DNA of 62,364 nucleotides, counting the filler, from Collodictyon triciliatum (Eukaryota): the NCBI GenBank assembly GCA_043381765.1. It is 17 parts of 17 records of this genome, joined end to end, with 100 filler letters (N's around TTAATTAATTAA, not from the genome) between each part and the next. Parts side by side here need not be neighbours in the genome. Positions count along the whole stretch, not along the records: positions 28,578 to 32,049 come from JBHJMP010007285.1; positions 32,150 to 35,614 come from JBHJMP010007286.1; positions 35,715 to 40,985 come from JBHJMP010007287.1; 14 more parts are not named here. One strand, given 5' to 3'. Below, piece by piece: positions 28,478 to 40,777 of the stretch. The notes beneath the pieces were generated by a model. The model worked only from the letters and a program-made list of their open reading frames with translations, did not search any database and had not been told where the DNA came from. Each line of letters opens with the position of its first letter. Within the stretch, counting starts at the first letter, position 1. Position numbers and translations under genes: made by a program.

Positions 28478-29567
28478 NNNNNNNNNNNNNNNNNNNNNNN
28501 NNNNNNNNNNNNNNNNNNNNNTTAATTAATTAANNNNNNNNNNNNNNNNNNNNNNNNNNNNNNNNNNNNNNNNNNNNAAAGTGAGAAAGTATGAGAACAC
28601 TGAGATTAGACTTAACCAAGGAACATCACGCGAAAACAGTCGTACTACGATATATCATATCCTGAAACGATAATGTCACCAAGAAAAACCCGGCATCAGA
28701 CATCAGACATCAGACGCAAACTAGGCATAGCTGATAGAGTACACGCATATATCCAAAAGTGGTGGTGAGAGAAGCTATGGTTATGGTATTCAGAACATCC
28801 AATAACGAAAACGAGTGGGAAAATGAGAGAATACACGAAGACATGACATCCCATGGGATATAGAGACGAGAAAGCAAACCTGCTAACGTGACATCATTTA
28901 TATATTAATATTTATATATAAATGATGTCATAACGACGAACTCCCTTGTATTCCCCAACTACTAAAAGATTCCCTCTGGCCCACTTGCGCGAATTAAGAA
29001 GACACACCATTTCACAAAACAACCCGATAAGGGGAAAATACACAGATAAAATAAAACAACTGGCAATTCATATCATATCAGGAAACGAATATCGTCGTAA
29101 CGTGGTGACGCAAATAAAGCAAATCGTCGCAGTCTACTCCCACAGAAGCCATGCGGCCTCACTCATTGCCGCCACGACAAACATTCATGCGTAGCACAAG
29201 CAGCTTGTCTTCTCGACAAAGGGGCCAACTGTGTTTTTTTTATCCTCTGCCTTTCTTTCTATTTCCCCTTTTCTTTTCTTCCTTTTCTTGCTCTCTTTTA
29301 TCTCTTTTTCTCTTTTCTCTTTTCTCTTTTTTCCTTTCTTTTTTCTTTTTTCTATTCTAATTTCTTTTCTTTTTCTTTTCTTTTTCCTTTCTTTTTCTTT
29401 TTCTTTTTCTTTTTCTTTTCTTTTTCTTTTTCTTTTCTTTTCTTTTCTTTTCTTTTCTTTTCTTTTCTTTTCTTTTCTTTTCTTTTCTATTCTATTCTTT
29501 TCTTTTCTTTTCTTTTCTTTTCTTTTCTCCTGTGATTGACATACCCCGCACCTAGGCACCGAGAGAG

Positions 29568-29914
29568 ATGCCTTGTGGCGCCTCCGAACAAGGACGAAGG
29601 GCACTCTTCTGCGGGTCGGCGGCCTTCGTGGCCGTTGCCGGTCTGCGCTTTGCTGCGCTGCGGTCGCCTGCGCTTCGTGTGCTGCTGTGGCGCATTTCGC
29701 TCGGGGTCCGCGCAGTCGCCCTGGTTTCGTGGCGGCGCTACTGGCGTGGCCCGATTCAGGAGGGTTGGACATTCCTCTTTGAGCTGCTCTTGGAAATCGT
29801 CCGCTTCGGGCCGCTGCCAAACTCCGTCGACTTCATGGTGGGCTCTTTTCTTTCTTTTCTTTTTTCTTTTTTCTTTTTCTTTTTCTTTTTCTTTTTCTTT
29901 TTCTTTTTTTATCT

Positions 29915-29966
<52 letters not shown>

Positions 29967-32030
29967 TTCTTTCATTTCTTTCATTTCTTTCATTATCTTC
30001 TCTCTTTTCTCTCTTTTCTCTCTTTTCTCTCTTTTCTCTCTTTTCTCTCTTTTCTTTCATTATTTTCTTTCATTATTTTCTTTCATTATTTTCTTTCATT
30101 ATTTTCTTTCATTATTTTCTTTCATTATTTTCTTTCATTATTTTCTTTCGGGTTCCAATTTTCCTTTTTCCTTCTTTATATGTTTCTTCCCTTTTTAACT
30201 TTTCAGCTTTTTTTTCTTAATTTTTTTTCTATTTTACTGACGTACCTAATTCATTTATCGGGGAAATGTTGCCAGAGAAGGTATCTTAATCGGACGCTGT
30301 CGCGTTTGCCCATCGGGACTTCATGCGAGAAGGAGGATGTGGATGGTATCCCTGCCGAGTGGATTACTTGTTGTGACAAATCAACCCAGAATGTGGTGTT
30401 GTATCTGCATGGGGGTGCGTTAATCATTTATTTACAAGATATATATATATATTGTCTGATTTGATTTTGCCTGGCAGACCATGTACAAGCTACTTCATGA
30501 AATATTGACAGTATAAACACAACATAGTATGAATAACATTTTGACATTTTACATGGCGCTTTTTTCTTTTTTTCTTTCTTCTCCTTTCTCTTCGGGATGA
30601 ATAATGTGATAGGAGGATATGCGTTGATGTCTGTGGCAACCCACAAACCTCTTATTGCGCGCATATCTCGTGCAACACATGTATGCTCTTAACTCAAATA
30701 CATCAAATTCTCTCAATTTATGGTGAGCATAATGAATTCATATAATTTTAGAAGCCACTGGCACTCCTGATTCGTCAAAATACCGATTTTTATAGGCTAG
30801 ATGTATCGGAATTGAGTATCGACTTGCTCCTGAGCATCCTTTTCCAGCTGCTATCGAGGTATGTAGTCATCGGTGGTGTCATCTATATTGAAAAATATAG
30901 ACTGAGAACAGTATCAAAATTCTTTGATTTTCTAGCGATTTTTTTTGTTTGTAATATAAATACTGGATATATCTAGGATGCAGTCAAGGCATACAGATGG
31001 CTTGTGAGAAAGAGAGGAATAAATCCATCAAGGATAATGATTGGTGGAGATTCAGCCGGTGGTGGACTTACGGTCGCAACGTTACTAACCCTGAGGGATT
31101 TGGGAGGTTTAGAAAAATTAACATATTTCAAAATCAATTTGTAAGCTGCCTAATGGATAAAATCTCATATATAGCGAGCATATACACACCAGACGATATT
31201 GTCCATACTCTATACCACTACTAATACTTAAAATTAGATCCATTACCAGCAGCTGCGATATTGATTTCACCATGGGTTGATTTGACATGCAGTATGCCTT
31301 CATGGAAGCGATATGAGACAATCGACTATCTTGGAAAGGTTTGACGTCAATACTGCTTAATTCGAAGCGATATCAATATAGGCATTTTTGTTTTAAAATC
31401 ACTAAATGAAATTGTATATTATCCTTTTTATTTACTAAATTTGGTGTTTTTTTATGCTACATCCTAAGAATTTTACAAATATGCATATTTTCAGGCGCCA
31501 GGTCCTAACCGCCCCATGATGCTAAACCTCCCGGCGCTGTACGCTGCAGGTTTGTGAAACTCAATCGTTCACTCTATGAATTGTGAGCCAAGACGAACCA
31601 TTCCAATAATGACATGGGCAATAATGGTAATATGTATAGTAGAATACTAACAATCAACTCATTCACATCAAATGCACGTAAACCCAAGGTCAAGACCTCA
31701 AACATCCTCTTATATCGCCGATGTTTGCCAACTTAAAAGGACTTTGTCCTCTTATTCTTCAAGTATATTTTTTTGAATCGAATAAATCACAGTTCAAGAT
31801 TCTACTGATGTTACGAAATCTTTATATCACCAAGTTTGCTATACAATTAATCTACATATTAGCTTAAAAATTGATTCACAATCCTCTGTATCTCACAAAC
31901 TGAAAATCCTGCTCAGGTCGGAGGTGTTGAAGTATTCCACGACGAAGGTTTAATGTTTGCCAAAAGAGCAAAAGAAGTAGGTGTGGATATTACGGTTGAA
32001 GTATGGCCGCACATGCCGCATGTATTCCAG
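29568..32030 (+). CDS. Alpha/beta hydrolase, hormone-sensitive-lipase (Abhydrolase_3) family esterase, 3'-truncated
   Basis: [32 protein letters not shown] nucleophile motif, LISPWVDL, and WPHMPHVFQ catalytic His. Confidence 0.93.
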
Positions 32031-32523
32031 GTTATTCCACTTTTTAGTANNNNNNNNNNNNNNNNNNNNNNNNNNNNNNNNNNNNNNNNNNNNTTAATTA
32101 ATTAANNNNNNNNNNNNNNNNNNNNNNNNNNNNNNNNNNNNNNNNNNNNACAAACAAACAAACAAACAAACAAACAAACAAACAAACAAACAAACAAACA
32201 AACAAACAAACAAACAAACAAACAAACAAACAAACAAACAAACAAACAAACAAACAAACACCATTGATAATATTACAATTTTTGTAGTCAACGCCAAAGG
32301 ATATTATTTCAAGCTCATATAGAGACTAATACATTCCATCCCCTGTGTTTTGTCTTATTCACACTTTCTATTCCTTTCAGTATACCTTCGGCTCTTCATA
32401 AATACTAGTTCATTGCTCTTCTTTTCTCATAATATCTGCAACCTTCGTAATTGGTGGGCTTTGTAACTGATCATCCATTTGATTTACTTTTCGGTACTTT
32501 CCTCTTCTTTTTGCGTTCCAAAG

Positions 32524-35186
32524 TCCTTGATTGATGACGAAGAGCCGCAACACCGCTTCGTTGTCATCCCTGATAAAAGTCTACCGATTCCAGAGGTTTT
32601 GGAGAAGATGAGATATTTCCAGGCACGCGACATGAGATACACCGAGGGCCAGGTTTCTGGCTGTGTGTTCTACGGCGACGAGAGCTACAAAAATTTTCTA
32701 GACCAAGTAATCATTCTTCAAGGGCTCATTCCTTACTCATAACTCTCCTTTACGAACCAATATTTCCAGAATACCCTTACTTATTTATTTCCTTACACAG
32801 TATCGTTGTTTAATATATCTTTTTGTTCATCTTCATTCTTACCGCGAGTTCATGTTTTCGGTGAATACTCATGTGCATCGCAATTTACAAAAAAAATTAA
32901 CCAACCACGTAACAGGCATACACTCAATTTTCAAGTGCAAATCTTCTACATGCCGATATATTCAAATCGACTCGAAAATTCGAGGCTGAAGTTGTCAAGA
33001 TGTCTGCGGATATGCTGCACGGAGATGAAAATGTTTGTGGGACAATGACCTCTGGTGGAACAGAAAGTATCCTCATGGCAGTAAAAGTTTATCGTGATTA
33101 CGCCAGGAGGCATCGAGGTGTAGAAGACCCTGAGCTGTAAGCTGTTTTCTATTTAATCATGAGTTTGATTGCATCGCTTTCTTATCGATAGATTCCCCTT
33201 TAATTTTTCTTATTGGTGTATAAAATTTTCACTCCAATTTATAAACATTGTTGTCATTTCATATGATCCAGTATCATATCCACTTCGACTCACCCAGCGT
33301 TCGACAAAGCATGCCACTATTTTGGCATTAAGCTGGTTAAGGTTGATGTGGACCAAAATTTTAAAGCAGATCTGCGAGCTTACGAGTCCTTGATTAACAA
33401 GAACACAATTGCAGTAATAGTGATAATATGCGGCATATAAAATCATTATTTAATCCTACTTATAATAGAGTGAGGGCATGTTAAACTTTTGGGCTTCATG
33501 ATGACTAAGAATTATTGAAAAACTTACAAAAGATTGTCGGTTCTGCACCAACGTTCCCCCACGGAGTTTTTGATCCAATCCCTGAGCTATCTGACCTGGC
33601 CATCAAACACGGAGTAGGGCTTCATGTTGACGCGTGTGTTGGCGGCTATGTGTTTCCATGGGCGGAAAAACTGGGGTAGGCCTCCATTCGTTTAGATAAC
33701 GGCTTATTAATGTCCTTATTTATCACCATCCAAAGAAAAATCTAAATCGCTTATCATCATCATCATCATCATCATCATCGAATATGGGCTTTATTTTTGC
33801 TATGAAAAAATAAAGATGCGCTAAATGCCACAAATATGCGAAGGAATAAAATAAATAAATAATAATATAAGTGTGCACTCAAAAATAAACTTTTCCTAGA
33901 TTTGAAGTACCAGTTTGTGACTTCCGGCTTCCTGGGGTGACATCGATGTCATTGGATTCGCATAAATACGGTTTTTCTCAGAAAGGCTGTTCTGTTGTAC
34001 TATACAGGTAAATTTCTAATATTTCCTTCTTTGTGCTTCATTTTCGTTGTGTGCAAAGGATTTAGATTCGGTGTTATGGGGATTATCTTTTTTCAAAATC
34101 AACCCTTTATTTATCATGGTAGAAACGCCTCGTTGAGACGTCACCAATTTTATTCCGTGAGTGATTGGACTGGGGGACTCTATGCCTCGCCATCCATGGC
34201 TGGAAGCAGACCAGGCGGAGTTGTAGCAACAGCATGGGCAAGCTTGATTCATCATGGAGAGGATGGTGCTCATTACATTCTTGCTTTGTTTATTGATTTC
34301 AATTTTTAAAAATTTTCATCTTACAACCGATTGTAATGCACGAATAGGAGATAATTCTGATTTTTCATGCATATTAGTTTTCCTATACTTTTTTCATTTT
34401 TCTGATTCTATCTCATTATATCCTTTCCATTTGACCTTAGGGTTCATGAGAAATGTCCAAAGTATAATCGAAACGACCCAAAAACTTGCAAATGGGTAAA
34501 TGCCTCAAGTCAGCTATACGTTTTCTTCATTTTTTTTAATTTTTACTCATACTGCTTTCTAGATGCACCTCATGATAACGCACTTTTACCGCAGGGTCAA
34601 ATTAATACCAGGGTTGAAACTGTTTGCTGAGCCCAAACTGTGCGTCTTTTCCTTTGGTTCAGAAGACTACGATATCTTTGCTGTTCACGGAGAGATGTCC
34701 AAGAAAGGGTGGCATGTGAATGCTATCCACCGACCAAACGGGTTTGCTTACAAATTTGATGGAATGAAGATTAATATAAGGGCGACTCACACAATTTTTT
34801 CTCTTCTTACCTACACACCCAAAATAAATATCACATACACAGGATTCAGATATGCGTCACACTGTGCCATGTTGGCCACGAACAGAGGTTGTTAGATGAC
34901 TTGCGTGAGGCAGTGGATTCTGTTCGCTCCAACCCTGAGTTGTCCAAGAGTGGGCTGTAAGCCAAACATTTCTATATTCCTAGCGCTTCTATCTTCAAAT
35001 CTATTGTGCAAGATGCAAAGAGATCGACGGAGCCATCGAGGGCATGTTTGAAGCCATTAGGTAAGACATTATCCTTATGATTTAACTTACAGAGCACCCG
35101 TCTATGGCATGGCAGCATCGCTTCCCCAGCGCGAGCTTGTTTCCGACATTCTCCTCAGCTACGTCGGTGTTCTCTACAAGGCCTAA
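32524..35186 (+). CDS. SGPL1: Sphingosine-1-phosphate lyase (PLP-dependent), 5'-truncated
   Basis: [50 protein letters not shown] (PLP Lys), [12 protein letters not shown]; ends LYKA-TAA. Confidence 0.95.
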
Positions 35187-35714
35187 ATCTTGGCTGTGGA
35201 GAAGGCAGAAGATGCGCTGCAACGAACATGCATTCTGCCCTTCCGTAACGACTCTCAACACATTAAACGGGAACCCGTCTGCCTAATGTGGCAACTAATT
35301 CTGGAATATTATTCCCCACAAATCCGTACAGTTCCATCATTTTTGCATTTTGCATATGCACACAAGAGAACACGAGAGACCCACAGATAAGCGGCGGTAT
35401 TTGCAGATCGCCCCAGAAAGAGACCGGTGACAGACTATGTCTATTGTTCTCAAACATTTTGAGTAATCGGCCGTTCTTCTTTCCGTGCCAACCAGCGAAA
35501 CAAAATATTCCGTCTCGGCTTGTCTTTTGAAGCCCACTCATCTCGCAAAGTCCACCTTCTCAAAGCAAACACACAGCTTTTGGTTCCTGCTGAAACCTTC
35601 TCTCACAACTCGAANNNNNNNNNNNNNNNNNNNNNNNNNNNNNNNNNNNNNNNNNNNNTTAATTAATTAANNNNNNNNNNNNNNNNNNNNNNNNNNNNNN
35701 NNNNNNNNNNNNNN

Positions 35715-37523
35715 CTGGGTGACGGTAACGTCCTTCAGGTACAGTAGATATTTCACCTCTTGTTTCTTTAGCAACTGATTAACGTCTCTCACGTTCAACG
35801 TTGCTTCTTCCGTAACATCTGACATGTCGTCCATAGTATCTAGGTCGGGTTCCTCGTTAGCCGTAGCCATACTCCCTTCATCACTATTCTCTTCCTGTGT
35901 TTCTCGTATTTCATAGCCTGGTATTTCATTTGTCTCATCTGTTATAGATAAATCTTCTATGCCTGTCAATATCCTCTTGTATTATTGAGCTAATGTTTTC
36001 TTTTCGTTTCTCTTATACCATCCGTCTTGAGTATTTTGTTTGCTACTTGTAATGCCTTCCATTTTATCCGCTGCTCGTTCTATCGGCACTCGTTTCTATT
36101 CACTGTGATTATTTTCTTTCTTCGGTGTCGGCGTCCTTCTTGGGTGTGTATAACCACGCTCCTTTCTTCCTGGGTTAAATCTGACCTTTTCTCTTTCTTT
36201 GCAGTCGTCCCTTTCGTATCTCTCTATGTTTCTTCGCCATTCTTCGCGCTTTCTGCGGTTCCATTCAGGGTTCAGCCTTGATATGTCTTCTGTTTTGTTC
36301 GGCGGACTCCTGTAGTCGCCCCTGTGCGGGCCCTTATTTCCAACGAACGTGGCTATTTTTCCAGCGTCTTCCTCTTTGAACTGTATGTCTCCCGTCTTCC
36401 AATCGATATGAGGGTTGGCATCTTCTAGCCATGGTATTCCGACAATCACGTCGTAATCATCCAGATCAATTACCAGATAGTCTGCCTTGGTGCACATGCC
36501 TCTTATATTTATATGTAGCTGGCGTGCTATCTCGTGGCAAAATATATACCTCCCATCTGCTNNNNNNNNNNNNNNNNNNNNNNNNNNNNNNNNNNNNNNN
36601 NNNNNNNNNNNNNNNNNNNNNNNNNNNNNNNNNNNNNNNNNNNNNNNNNNNNNNNNNNNNNNNNNNNNNNNNNNNNNNNNNNNNNNNNNNNNNNNNNNNN
36701 NNNNNNNNNNNNNNNNNNNNNNNNNNNNNNNNNNNNNNNNNNNNNNNNNNNNNNNNNNNNNNNNNNNNNNNNNNNNNNNNNNNNNNNNNNNNNNNNNNNN
36801 NNNNNNNNNNNNNNNNNNNNNNNNNNNNNNNNNNNNNNNNNNNNNNNNNNNNNNNNNNNNNNNNNNNNNNNNNNNNNNNNNNNNNNNNNNNNNNNNNNNN
36901 NNNNNNNNNNNNNNNNNNNNNNNNNNNNNNNNNNNNNNNNNNNNNNNNNNNNNNNNNNNNNNNNNNNNNNNNNNNNNNNNNNNNNNNNNNNNNNNNNNNN
37001 NNNNNNNNNNNNNNNNNNNNNNNNNNNNNNNNNNNNNNNNNNNNNNNNNNNNNNNNNNNNNNNNNNNNNNNNNNNNNNNNNNNNNNNNNNNNNNNNNNNN
37101 NNNNNNNNNNNNNNNNNNNNNNNNNNNNNNNNNNNNNNNNNNNNNNNNNNNNNNNNNNNNNNNNNNNNNNNNNNNNNNNNNNNNNNNNNNNNNNNNNNNN
37201 NNNNNNNNNNNNNNNNNNNNNNNNNNNNNNNNNNNNNNNNNNNNNNNNNNNNNNNNNNNNNNNNNNNNNNNNNNNNNNNNNNNNNNNNNNNNNNNNNNNN
37301 NNNNNNNNNNNNNNNNNNNNNNNNNNNNNNNNNNNNNNNNNNNNNNNNNNNNNNNNNNNNNNNNNNNNNNNNNNNNNNNNNNNNNNNNNNNNNNNNNNNN
37401 NNNNNNNNNNNNGCGTATTTGGAAGAGTGTCTCCACCTTGTATAACCATGTCCTCACATTCTGCCCTGGTGCCCCGGAGAACATATCCGGCGGTCGAATG
37501 GCTCCCTCTGTGATGGACTGCAT
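35715..37523 (-). mobile_element. Ty3/gypsy LTR retrotransposon gag-protease region, defective, gapped
   Basis: Gag-like start PDMFSGAPGQNVRTWLYKVETLF and protease C-terminal motif YDVIVGIPWLEDANPHIDW. The same frame continues past stops at 36096-36098 and 35982-35984. Confidence 0.85.
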
Positions 37524-37585
37524 GGTCTATACTCTCGTGCTAGGTTTGGCGTGTTTCTGTTCTTCGATCTTCCTCAGGAAGGTCA

Positions 37586-38212
37586 CTTCGCTTTGCTACC
37601 AAAATGTAAGGGGATGTCCTTTTATTCTGTTATAAGCTTGTTTTATGATTCCCAACCTATTAACGAGTCGACGGACTCGTTAAATATCCCCTGGACAAAG
37701 GGTTCAGGGGAGGTTTCTGAGAACGCTCCTGGAGCGTCCCACGGTGGTTCTTTGAACTGATTCTAAGAACATGCTTGGAGAATTACGAGATGGGTCTTAG
37801 CATCAGATCAGAGATTCCAAGGACGCACTTGGGTGTCCAGTTGTTGCACTAAGCCACCTACGGAGGGAGGGCTGGGACTCATAACGCCTGGTATCGCATA
37901 GTCATCGCTCACGATGGATGGTAGACCAATATCCTTATCCATCCGAAAGGATTTTTGGCAGCGTGGAATGTGGCATCTTATTCACTGCATATGTCCGAAC
38001 TTCAAAGCACGGCTCTGTGAGAGTATAATGCCATCACCTCTGCCAAACACTCCCGAGGCGCTACTAGCGCGGTTGAAGATTCTGTATGAAAACTGTGAAA
38101 TGTGCGAGTTTACTCAACCACACGCTGTTACGGGGCAAATTTGCTGGGATAGAGCAAGAGGCATCTGTATCAACAAGTCGAGAGAAGGAAACAGCTCATT
38201 CATTCTGTAACA
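37586..38212 (-). mobile_element. Primer-binding site and putative 5' LTR (about 37605-38212)
   Basis: Minus strand reads ...CCCTTACA TTT TGGTAGCAAAGC (LTR end then tRNA-iMet-like PBS), with AATAAA just inside the end. The outer boundary TGTTAC at 38212 is inferred. Confidence 0.65.
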
Positions 38213-38551
38213 TGTCACTATCCAAAAGGATGGGAGCTTTGCATCGTCGAAAAATGCAACAATATTTCACTCCAAGAATGCAACAGCCAACCACAGCCGT
38301 CCTGAACAACAAAGGAGAATGGCGCTCACGCCGCCCGACCTCTTGTGGAGCGCCGTCTCTATTTTTCTTTCGCATGAAGAACTAAAAGGCAGTCCATTAT
38401 CCCTGACTCGCCGCAATTCTCGATGGCCATGGCGTACTCCAAGCTGTTTCGATATAAAATCATCAGTCCTAATCCTTAGTAACCAGAGAAAATGAGTTGA
38501 TGGGCCAAAACTATACGCATTACAGACAAATATTTGAAAAAAGAAGGAAGC

Positions 38552-38788
38552 CAACATTCTTCGATACCTTGACTGCAAGAAAATAGAGTTGTGTAATGTG
38601 CGTCGTAAGACACCTCCCTCAAAATATCGAAACCCATGTTACCCACGCAACCAATCAAACAGTTGGGCCGCCCACCTCGCCATCACGTCCATCGATTTCT
38701 TTCCAGTGCTAGCCTCTTCTCAGTAACATCTTCTCCTAATCGCGTTAGCTCTGTGCCATGTGCACCATCTCATCCCTTTTTATGGCAT
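38552..38788 (+). mobile_element. Decayed 3' end of a non-LTR (LINE) element
   Basis: Clear nucleotide similarity to 54964-55202 (tacccacgcaaccaatcaa.cagttggg.cgcccacct...gatttctttcc.gtgctagcctct...tatggcat). Confidence 0.8.
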
Positions 38789-39559
38789 TGTTTTCTTCGT
38801 TGCACAAAGTTGAAAGGAAGAATAAAAAAATGGCATTGCTTTCTTACCCTTACATCTAACAAGGAGTAAAAATATGCTAATTCCTCGCAAATCACAACAA
38901 AATGGACCTAGCTGCACAAAAAATTCAAATATATATGAAGCTTTTATCGTAAATAACAAAAAAAACTAATTGTGATTTACAACCGGAAATATATGTCATT
39001 GGCTTCAATACCATGTGAGTTTCATATTACAAGATACAAAAGATAGTACTTCTCTTTGCATTTTTATTTCTAATAGAATACATTAATAAAACAAAGGAAT
39101 GAATTTACAGGAACTGAACCAGATTACTTGCTTTATTATTCCATTGGAGTGTGATGTTTAAATCACAAAAACTTGATGAAGTTTAATTTTAACAGGTAGT
39201 TTATATGAATTCCCAATGTTTTGTGAACATAATTTACAATAACATATTTTTATTTCCTGTAAATAACAATACCTAACAATATTGACATTCTCCATAAAAA
39301 GAATATTTATTGGTTGATTTTTATTATCTACATTTAAAAGCATCGAACTAGAATTTTCAATTATTTCTTTATCCCAAACCGATGAGCTATTACACGATTT
39401 CAAAATTGTTAGGGATTAAAAAATTCATCTACATTTCTGATTCAATCGTGGTTTATGATGTAATTTATGCTTTGGTTTATTAACTTTTGTAGAAAAAGCT
39501 AGTTGAATATTATGTTTCCTGGACGCCCCTAAATTATAGAATGAAAGCATAAAACTCAT

Positions 39560-40777
39560 TCAAGAGAAAATAATTACAAACCACATAGTTTGTAGAAAAC
39601 AAAGGCTCGAAAAAGATAATAGTATAATTCTATTCATAGGTCTCCAACTTTTAAACCCATCCTCACTAATATGACCCTTGTGTATTTCAATCGAAAGTGT
39701 TGTGATGTCTGACAAAATTTCAAATATTAGTTGTATCATAATTTGATGGAAGCATTCAGAAAACGATTCGATTAATTGAAACTTTGATTCTTTCACCAAA
39801 GGACACATAAAAAACATGAGCAAGGGTGCAAATATGATTGAATAGAACTCTGATATGATACCGTCATAGATATATTTTGCCTTGAATGAAATCGATTCTT
39901 TCACAAAATTTGCTTTTTTATCTGACAGACTCCATTGATTATCATGCTCTCTTACATGCAAGCCTTGAGAATACTGAGCCTCATCTCCAGGGACGATGGG
40001 TGCAAGCTTTCTCGATTTCAAGCGATATGATAATTTTGACTGAATACTAGATGCCAAATTTTGTATCCGAGACACACATTTCATCCTTTGTTCGAAAAAT
40101 ACAGTCGAAAGTATCTCAATCACAGCTGCTGCAAAGTTGACCATGATGAATTCAATAGAAAGAGCACCATCTGTGGATATGTTATAAATCAATGTCCTTC
40201 CAACTAACTGAATGTATTGATTGCACATCGTGTTCACTTTCAAACTTTTATCAATGTACTCCTTCGATAAGCCGTATATCAGCCTCAGCTGAATCCAATT
40301 TGATGAAACAAAACAAACAGGGAAAACAGAAAAACGGAAAATAAGCTGCATGGTAAATGAAGAATCCAAGTAAATCTCCAATATGTTGGAGAGAGAGAAG
40401 ACTACAAGAATGCAAAATACAGCGAACCCTTTCAGCAAAGCAGATACCGAGCCGTCTTTTGTTGCAGTGTAATATCGCTCCTCCTCATTGCTCATTCTTT
40501 CAGGTTTTTTTGACTTAGAAACCATGAATAAACCAGATGTAATCCATAAAAATTGATTGATGACAAAGATAATGCTGTGTGTGGTTGTAAATACCAGCAA
40601 GATATTGAAGACATTTTCCAATAAATACCCAGGTAAAAGGGCATACAATATTGCATTTTTTGAGAGGTGGAAGCTGAAAATCTCAACAGATGCAAAAACG
40701 AAGGATGACCAAACTACAAATGTGTTCAAAAAAACTCTTCCACTTTTGTAGATGATATCCTCGACCATCCCAAGCAA
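39560..40777 (-). CDS. Uncharacterised intronless multi-pass membrane protein, possibly 5'-disrupted
   Basis: 405-codon open frame with about 8-10 hydrophobic segments; coding-like sequence continues upstream through in-frame TAA (40808-40810) and TAG (40871-40873). Confidence 0.6.
   Translation of the reverse strand: MLGMVEDIIYKSGRVFLNTFVVWSSFVFASVEIFSFHLSKNAILYALLPGYLLENVFNILLVFTTTHSIIFVINQFLWITSGLFMVSKSKKPERMSNEEERYYTATKDGSVSALLKGFAVFCILVVFSLSNILEIYLDSSFTMQLIFRFSVFPVCFVSSNWIQLRLIYGLSKEYIDKSLKVNTMCNQYIQLVGRTLIYNISTDGALSIEFIMVNFAAAVIEILSTVFFEQRMKCVSRIQNLASSIQSKLSYRLKSRKLAPIVPGDEAQYSQGLHVREHDNQWSLSDKKANFVKESISFKAKYIYDGIISEFYSIIFAPLLMFFMCPLVKESKFQLIESFSECFHQIMIQLIFEILSDITTLSIEIHKGHISEDGFKSWRPMNRIILLSFSSLCFLQTMWFVIIFS

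Noticed and set aside
23065-37635. Long ORFs containing X runs
   Set aside because: They are open only because they cross N gaps; only the gypsy gag/protease flanks have independent support.
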